From: Verrucomicrobiota bacterium
Lineage (GTDB): Bacteria > Verrucomicrobiota > Verrucomicrobiia > Palsa-1439
DNA length: 44,450 bases
Reading direction: 5' to 3'
NCBI GenBank assembly: GCA_041306525.1
Contig: JBFZFE010000063.1
Location: 1 to 44,450, forward strand
Shown here: positions 9,629 to 16,830 of the stretch, piece by piece
Layout of the letters: each line of letters starts with the position of its first letter
Numbering within the stretch: position 1 is the first letter of the stretch
The notes under the pieces: generated by a model
What the model saw: the letters and a program-made list of their open reading frames with translations, nothing else
Database searches by the model: none
What the model was told of the DNA's origin: nothing
Translations under genes and position numbers: made by a program

Positions 9629-11506
9629 ATGTGTGGCATCATTGGCTACATCGGCAAGAAACCTGCCCAATCCATCATCATTGACGGTCTGCGCCGTCTC
9701 GAATATCGCGGCTATGATTCCGCAGGCATTTGCACCCTGAACAAGGGGCAAATCGTGGTGCGCAAGAAAAAGGGCCGCATCGATGAACTCGCCAGTCTCG
9801 TCCGCAAGCAACCCGCGACCGGCAACTGCGGCGTCGGCCACACTCGTTGGGCCACGCACGGCGCCCCCACTGATGACAACGCCCATCCGCATACTGATCA
9901 ATCCGGCAAACTCGTCCTCGTCCACAACGGCGTCATCGAAAACCACCAGCAACTCAAGGATCGCCTCCTTGCTCAGGGCCACAAGTTCAAATCCCAGACC
10001 GACACGGAAGTGCTCGCTCATCTGGTGGGAGCGCATTACGACAGTATCGTGGCCGGTAAGCAGGCAGCAGACGGTAACGACGGCCATGACCACTCCCCGC
10101 TGCTGACTGCCGTGCGGCGTGCGTTGAAGGAAGTCGTTGGCACCTACGGCATCGCCGTGCTCCACAGCGATTATCCCGATCACATCATTGGCGCCCGCCG
10201 CGGCAGTCCCCTGCTCATCGGCGTTGGCCGGGATGAAAACTTCCTGGCCAGTGACGTCTCGGCCATCGTCGCGCACACGCGTCGCGTCGTTTACCTCAAC
10301 GATTTCGAAATTGTTTCGCTGAGCCGGGATGATTTTCAGGTCACCACCATCGAGGCAGCGACGGTCAACCCGCAGATCAAGGAGGTCGAGTTCAAGGCGG
10401 AAGATGTTGAGCGCGGCAAGTTCGCGCACTACATGCTGAAAGAGATTTTTGAGCAACCGGCCTCCGTCAAGAACGCGATGCGCGGACGCGTTGTTCACGA
10501 TGAATGCACTGCCCGGCTCGGCGGCCTGAATCTTTCCCCGGGCGAGTTGCGCGCCGTAGACCGCATGATCTTCGTCGCTTGCGGCAGCGCGCTTCATGCC
10601 GGCATGGTCGGCGAGTACTTGATGGAAGACTTGGGACGTGTGCCGACCGAATGGGAGTATGCCAGCGAATACCGGTATCGTAACGCCCCGGTTGAAAAAC
10701 ACACCCTTGTCTTTGCCATCAGCCAGTCGGGTGAAACCATTGACACCCTTGCCGCAGTGCGCGAATCCAAACGACGTGGGCATCGGACCCTCGGCATCGT
10801 CAACGCCGTCGGCTCGACCATCGCCCGCGAGGTGGACGGCGGCGTGTACATGCATGCAGGGATCGAGATCGGCGTCGCCGCTTCCAAAACCTTCACCTCA
10901 CAGATCACCATCATGACGTTGCTGGCTGTGTTGATGGGCCGGATGCGCCACCTTTCCGCCGTGCGCGGCACCGAGATTTTGCGCTGCCTGGAAAAGATAC
11001 CGCTCCAGATGGAGAAGGTGCTCGAACAAAGCGACAACATCGCCAAGATCGCCAAGAAATATTGTGAAGCGCACAGCTTCCTGTTCTTGGCCCGGCAATA
11101 CAACTATCCCATTGCCCTCGAAGGGGCGTTGAAGCTCAAGGAAATTTCCTACATTCACGCGGAAGGCTATCCGGCCGCCGAGATGAAACACGGCCCGATT
11201 GCCTTGATCGACCCCAAAACGCCTTCCGTCTTCATCTGCCCGAAGGACGGTGTTTACGAGAAGGTGATGGCCAACATTGAAGAAGTGAAAGCCCGCAAAG
11301 GTCCCGTCATTGTTGTGGCGACGGAGGGCGACAAAGACATCGCCAAGCATGCCGATGACGTGATTTACATCCCGGAGACGCTTGATTGCCTGAGTCCCCT
11401 GCTCACGGTTGTCCCTCTCCAACTGCTCGCGTATCACATCGCAGTGGCTCGCGGTTGCGATGTGGATAAGCCAAGAAACCTGGCCAAGAGCGTGACGGTC
11501 GAGTAA
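9629..11506 (+). CDS. glmS: Glutamine--fructose-6-phosphate aminotransferase (isomerizing)
   Basis: The start was set at ATG 9629 so the protein begins MCGIIGY, giving the obligatory N-terminal Cys nucleophile. AGGAG lies 8 nt upstream. Two SIS domains are present and the C-terminus is canonical (DKPRNLAKSVTVE). Confidence 0.97.
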   Translation: MCGIIGYIGKKPAQSIIIDGLRRLEYRGYDSAGICTLNKGQIVVRKKKGRIDELASLVRKQPATGNCGVGHTRWATHGAPTDDNAHPHTDQSGKLVLVHNGVIENHQQLKDRLLAQGHKFKSQTDTEVLAHLVGAHYDSIVAGKQAADGNDGHDHSPLLTAVRRALKEVVGTYGIAVLHSDYPDHIIGARRGSPLLIGVGRDENFLASDVSAIVAHTRRVVYLNDFEIVSLSRDDFQVTTIEAATVNPQIKEVEFKAEDVERGKFAHYMLKEIFEQPASVKNAMRGRVVHDECTARLGGLNLSPGELRAVDRMIFVACGSALHAGMVGEYLMEDLGRVPTEWEYASEYRYRNAPVEKHTLVFAISQSGETIDTLAAVRESKRRGHRTLGIVNAVGSTIAREVDGGVYMHAGIEIGVAASKTFTSQITIMTLLAVLMGRMRHLSAVRGTEILRCLEKIPLQMEKVLEQSDNIAKIAKKYCEAHSFLFLARQYNYPIALEGALKLKEISYIHAEGYPAAEMKHGPIALIDPKTPSVFICPKDGVYEKVMANIEEVKARKGPVIVVATEGDKDIAKHADDVIYIPETLDCLSPLLTVVPLQLLAYHIAVARGCDVDKPRNLAKSVTVE

Positions 11507-11510
11507 CCGG

Positions 11511-12215
11511 CTATCTGATTTCCGGCCGGCTGACGGCGGGGGTCGAGGCGGTGTAAATGGTTGCCGAGATCCCCTCGCCGGCGGCACCGGCAAGACCAAG
11601 TTGCTGGCCGGGGAACGGAAATGTGGCGTGGAGCAGGAACATTTCCTTCTGGTCGGAGAACTTGAGCAGAGCTTTGCCCGCAAAAGGAGCGCTGCGTTCG
11701 CCGACAAGCACTTTGCCGCGGCAAACCGTGTCCAAGGTGACCAAGTTGCCGGCGATGGACCTGTCGCCCTTGAACTGCGTGAGGCCTTGCAGGGCGACCT
11801 CGCTGAAGGTCTCGAAGATGATGCGAAAATTCAGTGCGGCAAACTTTTGGGCCCAAACGCCACCGGGGATGGTATCGAACATGCCGTATTTCCGTGCCGA
11901 ATTGGTGATTTGGACAGTGAACGCGCCGTTCTGGGTGACGTGGATTTTTTCATCAAGCACGTCGAGTTGCCCCTTGAAACCAACTTTGCCCTCCACATTT
12001 TTGCCGCACCAGAAACTGGGGTGCCGGCTGCCTTGCTGGTCAAGAATCATATACACGATGTACGGACGCGGGTTGCGGCTCATGTCGAACGCGCCACTGA
12101 CGTGTTCCATCATCTTCTCTTGTTCGGTGACCGAGAATGCTTTCTTCTTTTCGGCGGCGGAGACCGAAAATGTGACGAACAGCAACAGCAGGAGCTGAAT
12201 GGGGATTGCTCGCAT
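11511..12215 (-). CDS. Hypothetical secreted protein
   Basis: 234 aa. N-terminal signal peptide MRAIPIQLLLLLFVTFSVSAAE. It lies 3 nt downstream of the preceding ORF. No family recognised. Confidence 0.6.
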   Translation of the reverse strand: MRAIPIQLLLLLFVTFSVSAAEKKKAFSVTEQEKMMEHVSGAFDMSRNPRPYIVYMILDQQGSRHPSFWCGKNVEGKVGFKGQLDVLDEKIHVTQNGAFTVQITNSARKYGMFDTIPGGVWAQKFAALNFRIIFETFSEVALQGLTQFKGDRSIAGNLVTLDTVCRGKVLVGERSAPFAGKALLKFSDQKEMFLLHATFPFPGQQLGLAGAAGEGISATIYTASTPAVSRPEIR

Positions 12216-12218
12216 GGC

Positions 12219-13343
12219 TCAATTCCTTTGCCGCTTGTCGGCCACGCCCGAGGTTTTGTTTGGAATGGCGGGCGGGTTTGGCGTTCCTTGGGTGTCCACC
12301 AACACCACGTAACCGTCCCGACCGCCCCCGTTCTTCGGCTGCACGGCGTGGCGGATGTTGGTCGGGAACCGACGACTCCATTTCTGATCCACCTGACCGG
12401 GGACAAGGTCATGGGCGCCACCATGGCCACGACCCGCAAGGCGCAGCCCGCTGGCGTTTGGCGTCAAGTTGGCGATGCGGACGTTGTTCAGGTCGGGGGT
12501 GAAGATCGTGAAGAACGGTCCGCCCTTGGCCATGGCGAATTCATCCGTACGATGTTCGACGTACCAAGGGGGCACCCAAGCGTCATGGCTTTCGACGAAA
12601 CCGGTCCAGCCGCCGCCGGTAACGGCGACCTCCCCGTTCGGAAGCCGGTACATGTCATAAATGTTGATGAGGGTTGGAATATCGCTGGTGGGCAAATAGC
12701 CGACATAGCGGGTGAAGGACGGGACGTCCATCGTTTCCGAAGTTGAACTGCTGAAACCGCCACACTTGGCCGGCAAGCGCAAGTCGTAGGGCTGCTGGCC
12801 GAGAACAGTGTTGCCGCCATCCGACCAGGCGGTAAGGGTAAGCTTCCCATCCTCACCAATGCGGATACTGGTCACGGGGGAATCTGCCACGAGGCGCAAC
12901 TGGTCGACACCAACAATGGGACCGGTCCACCCGTACGCGGTCCAGACCTGTTTCCCATTGGCGTCCACCTTATAGAGGTAAGGGTTCACATAGGGCTCCA
13001 AACCCGTTGCTGAGCGGTAACTGCCACCGAAGTACATGGCGACGGATTTCGGATCCAACGCCATGTTGGAACCGCTGATTTCCAGCGTCGGGCCGTCGGT
13101 CACGCTGCCGTTGTGGTCAATGTAGAAAAGGTTGTCACCGCGCCGACACAAGACCGAACCGTCGTTGCGCGGGAAAATGTTGGCGGCGCCATGCTTGAAC
13201 CGAACGGCCCAGACAACGCTGCGTTGGTCAGCAGAAATCTTCAGGACAAAGCCATCTGATCCCGCCTCGCGAACGCGCCCCTTCGCATCTGGCTTGAGCG
13301 CTTCCGGGTGGGGAACAAGCGCTGACTTCACGTTCTTGGTCAA
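12219..13343 (-). CDS. Hypothetical protein, beta-rich. Possibly the C-terminal part of a frameshifted larger gene.
   Basis: 374 aa ORF starting at a TTG with no signal peptide. The frame is open upstream to 13388 with no ATG. See the finding on the frame break at 13343-13391. Confidence 0.55.
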   Translation of the reverse strand: MTKNVKSALVPHPEALKPDAKGRVREAGSDGFVLKISADQRSVVWAVRFKHGAANIFPRNDGSVLCRRGDNLFYIDHNGSVTDGPTLEISGSNMALDPKSVAMYFGGSYRSATGLEPYVNPYLYKVDANGKQVWTAYGWTGPIVGVDQLRLVADSPVTSIRIGEDGKLTLTAWSDGGNTVLGQQPYDLRLPAKCGGFSSSTSETMDVPSFTRYVGYLPTSDIPTLINIYDMYRLPNGEVAVTGGGWTGFVESHDAWVPPWYVEHRTDEFAMAKGGPFFTIFTPDLNNVRIANLTPNASGLRLAGRGHGGAHDLVPGQVDQKWSRRFPTNIRHAVQPKNGGGRDGYVVLVDTQGTPNPPAIPNKTSGVADKRQRN

Positions 13344-13347
13344 CGCA

Positions 13348-13914
13348 TCAAAGTGCGGTCCCTTTATCCCCCGAGTTGATCGTCGCGGTCATGGGGGCTG
13401 TCATCATCGGGGCTTCGCCGCTGATTTCATCAATCTCAGGAGTGATGTATTTTGACCCAGCGCCGGTCGAACTGTTCTTCTGCCCCGCCGCGACACTGCT
13501 GACGCTCTGTTCCATCAGCTTGTCGAGCTTCGCGTTAGCTGTGCGGGCAATGCCGATCTCATGGAACGCCAGATGGATGAGCCGTTCGCCGCAGTAGTCG
13601 TGCAGGAGGAATACATTCGAGTCATTTGTTCCCGGAACACGTGACAACCAGATGTCACCGGGGTTCTTCGGGGTGAACCACTTGATTCCTTCATAGTGAC
13701 CGGGACGTCCGAACCCGACGATCTTGCCGCGTTCGTCCTTTACCGGCAGGTTGGCGAACCAGAGCTGCCCCTGCTGGCTGTGTTCCTGGCCGGTGGCAGC
13801 ATCACGCCATGTCACCTCAGCATTGAGATACTTGGGCGGGGTGGTTTCGTAGCCCTGGGCGCCCACAGCAAGCAAACCGGCCAGCAACGCAAGAATGATT
13901 ATCCGGGAACGCAT
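13348..13914 (-). CDS. Hypothetical secreted protein. Possibly the N-terminal part of a frameshifted larger gene.
   Basis: 188 aa. Signal peptide MRSRIIILALLAGLLAVGAQG. It ends 4 nt before the TTG of the next ORF, which is in a different frame. Confidence 0.55.
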   Translation of the reverse strand: MRSRIIILALLAGLLAVGAQGYETTPPKYLNAEVTWRDAATGQEHSQQGQLWFANLPVKDERGKIVGFGRPGHYEGIKWFTPKNPGDIWLSRVPGTNDSNVFLLHDYCGERLIHLAFHEIGIARTANAKLDKLMEQSVSSVAAGQKNSSTGAGSKYITPEIDEISGEAPMMTAPMTATINSGDKGTAL

Positions 13915-13992
13915 CGTCCCAGTTCACAACACCACCCTTGGGCGAATGTTGCCGTTGGCGAACGGTATGTAATCTGCTACAGAACCAGCATT

Positions 13993-14232
13993 ATGAAATC
14001 GAAGCTGATCGTCGCGCTATGCGTTGCCGCCGTCGTGGTTACCGCCGCCATGAGTTGGACACAGGCGGCCGACCCGTCATCCACCAAGCCGGATCCACGG
14101 ATTGACAAACTGCTGGAGCAAAACGAGCAAATCCTGAAGAATCAGGCCGAAATCCTCAAGAATCAGGCCGAGATGATCAAGAGCCTGCAGCAGGTTGAGA
14201 CAGGCGTGATGTCAATTCGCCGTCGTTCCTGA
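13993..14232 (+). CDS. Small secreted coiled-coil protein (79 aa) with a tandem heptad repeat
   Basis: An internal ATG of track ORF 13696..14232 gives MKSKLIVALCVAAVVVTAAMSWTQAADPSS..., a signal peptide. It continues with KLLEQNEQILKNQAEILKNQAEMIKSLQQVE, a heptad pattern. No clear SD. The 3' end overlaps pyrF convergently by 21 nt. Confidence 0.5.
   Translation: MKSKLIVALCVAAVVVTAAMSWTQAADPSSTKPDPRIDKLLEQNEQILKNQAEILKNQAEMIKSLQQVETGVMSIRRRS
14131..14172 (+). repeat. Two tandem copies of a 21-nt unit, each encoding ILKNQAE
   Basis: atcctgaagaatcaggccgaa (14131-14151) is followed directly by atcctcaagaatcaggccgag (14152-14172), with 19 of 21 nt identical. Confidence 0.9.
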
Positions 14233-14874
14233 CATTTCTTCGGCAATGCGCTGCGCCGCCACCGCCGGATCGGCCGCCGCCAAGATGGGACGCCCAATCA
14301 CGAGGTAACTGGCGCCCGCGGCAATGGCTTCCCCCGGCGTCATCATTCGTTTCTGGTCATCGGCCCCGGCCCAGACAGGGCGAATGCCAGGCGTCACGAT
14401 TGCCATTTTCGGCCCGACCGCTTGACGAATCAGCCCAATCTCGTGCGGCGAGGCAACCACACCCTCCAAACCACAGTCTGCGGCCAACTTCGCGCGCCGC
14501 ACGACTTCGTCGGCAACCTGGCCGGCAACGCTGGTGAGCACAGTTACGCCGAGGAGCAGCGGATGCCGTGGCACCTTGGCCGCTGCGCGGAGCATGTCTT
14601 CGCCGCCGACGGTGTGCACCGTCAACATCGCAACCCCCAACGTGGAGGCACTTTCGACTGCTTTGGCCACCGTGTTGGGAATGTCGTGGAACTTCAGGTC
14701 CAAGAAGCAGCGCTTTCCGTTGTCGCGCAAGAACTCGATGATACGCGGCCCGACAAGGGTGAAGAGTTGCGAGCCGACTTTGTAGGTCTCCACCGAATCG
14801 CCAAGCTGTTTCACCAGGGCACTGGCGCGTTCGTAGGAGTCAACATCGAGAGCGACAATAAGTTTTGATTTCAT
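14212..14874 (-). CDS. pyrF: Orotidine 5'-phosphate decarboxylase
   Basis: Starting at ATG 14874 gives MKSKLIVALDVDSYERA..., with the catalytic FLDLKFHDIPNT motif and IGRPI near the C-terminus. The long 5' extension of track ORF 14212..15306 runs antisense through ispE and was rejected. An alternative ATG at 14886 is possible. Confidence 0.92.
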   Translation of the reverse strand: MKSKLIVALDVDSYERASALVKQLGDSVETYKVGSQLFTLVGPRIIEFLRDNGKRCFLDLKFHDIPNTVAKAVESASTLGVAMLTVHTVGGEDMLRAAAKVPRHPLLLGVTVLTSVAGQVADEVVRRAKLAADCGLEGVVASPHEIGLIRQAVGPKMAIVTPGIRPVWAGADDQKRMMTPGEAIAAGASYLVIGRPILAAADPAVAAQRIAEEMSGTTAN

Positions 14875-14901
14875 CGGGGGCGGCATGCTAGGGACACCGC
14901 C

Positions 14902-15798
14902 GTGACAACTCAAGCACAACTCACGCGCTTTTCGCCGGTCAAGGTCAACCTGTACCTGCGCATCGTTGGCAAACGCGTCGATGGGTACCATGAGCTTGAG
15001 ACAGTCATGTTGCCGGTGCAGTTCGGTGACCGGCTGACGTTTGAGCCACACGATGCCGGCATCGTGCTGGCGTGTGATCATCCGTCGCTGCCGACCGACG
15101 ACACCAATCTGGTTCTCAAAGCCGCTAAACTGCTGGCCCAGGAGCATGGCGTCCGCCAAGGCGCGAAGATCACGTTGCAGAAACGTGCGCCACTGGCCGC
15201 CGGTGTGGGCGGCGGCAGCAGCAACGCCGCGACGGCTTTGCGCGGGCTGAATGAACTTTGGAAATTGAATCTGCCGACGTCGGCACTCGGCAAGCTCGCG
15301 GCGCAACTTGGCTCGGACATCAACTTCTTCCTACAGGACGGGGCCGCCGTCTGCCGCGGGCGAGGCGAACAGGTGCAACCGATTCCGTGCAGGCTCTCCG
15401 CGCATGTGCTGTTGGTGACCCCGGGATTCGGCATTTCAACGCCGTGGGCCTACGCGGCATGGGCACAGGCTGCGAGTCGATTGACAGTTGCGCCGCCGGA
15501 CGTTAGTCTGCTGGCGCGTTCGTTGGCCGAGGATGACTTGGCTGGAGTCAGTGCTGCGTTGTTTAACTCCTTGGAAGCGCCGTCGGTTGGGAAATTCCCC
15601 GTTCTGGATTTGCTCAAACGCGCCATGCGCACCAGCGGCGCCACGGGCGCATTGATGAGCGGGAGCGGCGCAACGGTTTTCGGTTTGTTTGCCGAAAAAT
15701 CAGCCGCCGAACGATGCGCGAATCAGATGCGAGAGGATTTTGGACCGAGCCTGTGGACAGAAGTGACCGGCTCGGCAGCAGGTTTGGTTGCCCGGTAG
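14902..15798 (+). CDS. ispE: 4-diphosphocytidyl-2-C-methyl-D-erythritol kinase
   Basis: 298 aa with a GTG start. N-terminal pattern PVKVNLYLRIVGKRVDGYHEL and GHMP kinase motif PLAAGVGGGSSNAA. Confidence 0.92.
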   Translation: MTTQAQLTRFSPVKVNLYLRIVGKRVDGYHELETVMLPVQFGDRLTFEPHDAGIVLACDHPSLPTDDTNLVLKAAKLLAQEHGVRQGAKITLQKRAPLAAGVGGGSSNAATALRGLNELWKLNLPTSALGKLAAQLGSDINFFLQDGAAVCRGRGEQVQPIPCRLSAHVLLVTPGFGISTPWAYAAWAQAASRLTVAPPDVSLLARSLAEDDLAGVSAALFNSLEAPSVGKFPVLDLLKRAMRTSGATGALMSGSGATVFGLFAEKSAAERCANQMREDFGPSLWTEVTGSAAGLVAR

Positions 15799-15863
15799 TG
15801 TAATTGGTAACACAGCGGCCTTTGGAGCCGTATTTCCTGGTTCGAGTCCAGGCCGGGCAGCCA
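15789..15863 (+). tRNA. tRNA-Gln (anticodon TTG)
   Basis: Cloverleaf folded by hand. Acceptor TGCCCGG/CCGGGCA (U1:A72, typical of bacterial tRNA-Gln), D stem GTGT/ACAC, anticodon stem GCGGC/GCCGT. Anticodon loop is CTTTGGA, T arm is CCTGG-TTCGAGT-CCAGG, discriminator is G, and CCA is encoded. Total 75 nt. Confidence 0.9.
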
Positions 15864-15882
15864 GTTTCTTGGGCGTGACTGG

Positions 15883-15898
15883 TGGCATGCCACCTGCT
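15883..15898 (+). promoter_or_regulatory. Candidate sigma-54 (-24/-12) promoter upstream of the MshEN-domain gene and pilB
   Basis: TGGCAT-gccac-CTGCT has GG (15884-15885) and GC (15896-15897) at the canonical 12-nt register of the TGGCAC-N5-TTGCW consensus. It lies 27 nt upstream of ATG 15925, and GGAGG at 15916-15920 falls in the predicted short leader. The same half-sites recur at 18603-18618. Confidence 0.5.
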
Positions 15899-15924
15899 AT
15901 CTTTGCCCTCGGCTTGGAGGCCAA

Positions 15925-16830
15925 ATGAGTCAGACGGCAGGAAACATCTCAGAAGAGGAATTCCAGCAACTGCTGCGCACGGTGGAAATGTTCGAGGCCA
16001 TCACCGAGGCGCAACCGGACGATTACCAGTCCTTGGAAATCCTGAAAGAGGCTTACACCAAGCTGGGGCGCAAACCAGACCGGCTTCGTGCCTCCCGGAT
16101 GCTGGCCAGCGCCTATCAGACAATGGGCCATGTATCCCTGGCCATTCTTGAATGCGAAGCCATCCTCCAGGAAACCCCTGCTGATGCGGCCATCAAGGAA
16201 CTGCTTGCCGGCCTGAACAGTTCCACAACAATGGCCGCTACCGCCACTCCTGCGGCGCCCTCGTTGGAAAAGGACTCCAAGCCAACACCACCTGCTGGTG
16301 AACCAGCGGGGGCGCCCAGTATCGCGGTCCTGCGTCAGCACGCCGAGGAGGGTGACCGGCTGCTGGCAAATCTGCTGGTTGCCGAAAAGCTGGCAACGCA
16401 ACAGGCAATCGAACCCTTGCTGCAGAAGTTGCACGCGATGCGCGCTGAAGCCGGGGGACGGACCCAGCCCTTTTCACTGCTCCAGCTCATTGCCAACGAG
16501 CAGTACGCCAAGCTCGACGATTTGCTCACGGTCGTGCTGGACAAGTCCAACCTGCCGTACGTGCCGTTGTCTGTGTATGACGTTGATCGGGACAACGCGA
16601 GCCTGTTGCCGCTGGATTTTTGCTGGCAACACTGCCTGATTCCCTTCGATGTGATCAGCCGTTCCGTTCTGATCACGACCGCCAATCCCTTTGACATGCC
16701 ATCGCGTCTGCAGGTCGAACAGATGCTGAACCGAAATGTCTTCTGGTACGTCAGTCACCCCCAGGAAATCATCACCGCCCTGCGGCGCGTGCACGGGTTG
16801 GACACCAGCAAGACACCACAGGCTGCTTGA
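15925..16830 (+). CDS. Stand-alone GspE_N/MshEN-domain protein with an N-terminal TPR-like helical region (no ATPase domain)
   Basis: 301 aa. The C-terminal ~140 aa follow the T2SSE N-terminal domain pattern (LLANLLVAEKLATQQAIEPLL..., LPYVPLSVYDVDRDNASLLPLDFCWQHCLIPFDVISRSVLITTANPFD, VFWYVSHPQEIITALRRVHG). The N-terminal ~95 aa are helical and TPR-like, joined by a Pro/Ala linker. The TGA shares its last base with the pilB ATG. Confidence 0.75.
   Translation: MSQTAGNISEEEFQQLLRTVEMFEAITEAQPDDYQSLEILKEAYTKLGRKPDRLRASRMLASAYQTMGHVSLAILECEAILQETPADAAIKELLAGLNSSTTMAATATPAAPSLEKDSKPTPPAGEPAGAPSIAVLRQHAEEGDRLLANLLVAEKLATQQAIEPLLQKLHAMRAEAGGRTQPFSLLQLIANEQYAKLDDLLTVVLDKSNLPYVPLSVYDVDRDNASLLPLDFCWQHCLIPFDVISRSVLITTANPFDMPSRLQVEQMLNRNVFWYVSHPQEIITALRRVHGLDTSKTPQAA

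Noticed and set aside
9509-10855. 448-aa ORF on the minus strand, one of the longest in the track.
   Set aside because: It lies entirely antisense to glmS, whose product is unmistakable (MCGIIGY start, SIS domains). The translation is low-complexity and Ala/Gly/Val/Asp-rich, as expected for antisense frames in high-GC DNA. The same reasoning rejects 3706..4980(+), 11601..12746(+), 5349..6107(+), 31252..32412(+), 40270..41112(+), 41649..42605(+), 42722..43765(+) and similar ORFs.
13915-13992. TTGGCG...GT string upstream of the small coiled-coil gene, checked as a third sigma-54 site. AGGCAC-N5-TGC at about 27814-27826 was checked in the same way.
   Set aside because: The GG and GC dinucleotides are not in the required 12-nt register in either case, unlike the two elements at 15883 and 18603.
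13993-14886. The small secreted protein and PyrF both begin with the identical nine residues MKSKLIVAL, suggesting a duplication or shared element.
   Set aside because: The underlying codons differ at most synonymous positions (atgaaatcgaagctgatcgtcgcgcta versus atgaaatcaaaacttattgtcgctctc), the genes are on opposite strands, and similarity ends after residue 9. In one case the segment is a generic hydrophobic signal-peptide start; in the other it is the first beta-strand of the PyrF barrel. I treat it as coincidence.
14875-15306. Long N-terminal extension of the pyrF ORF (track 14212..15306, 364 aa).
   Set aside because: The extension is antisense to the well-supported ispE gene and has no PyrF-like sequence. 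The PyrF homology begins at MKSKLIVALDVD (ATG 14874).
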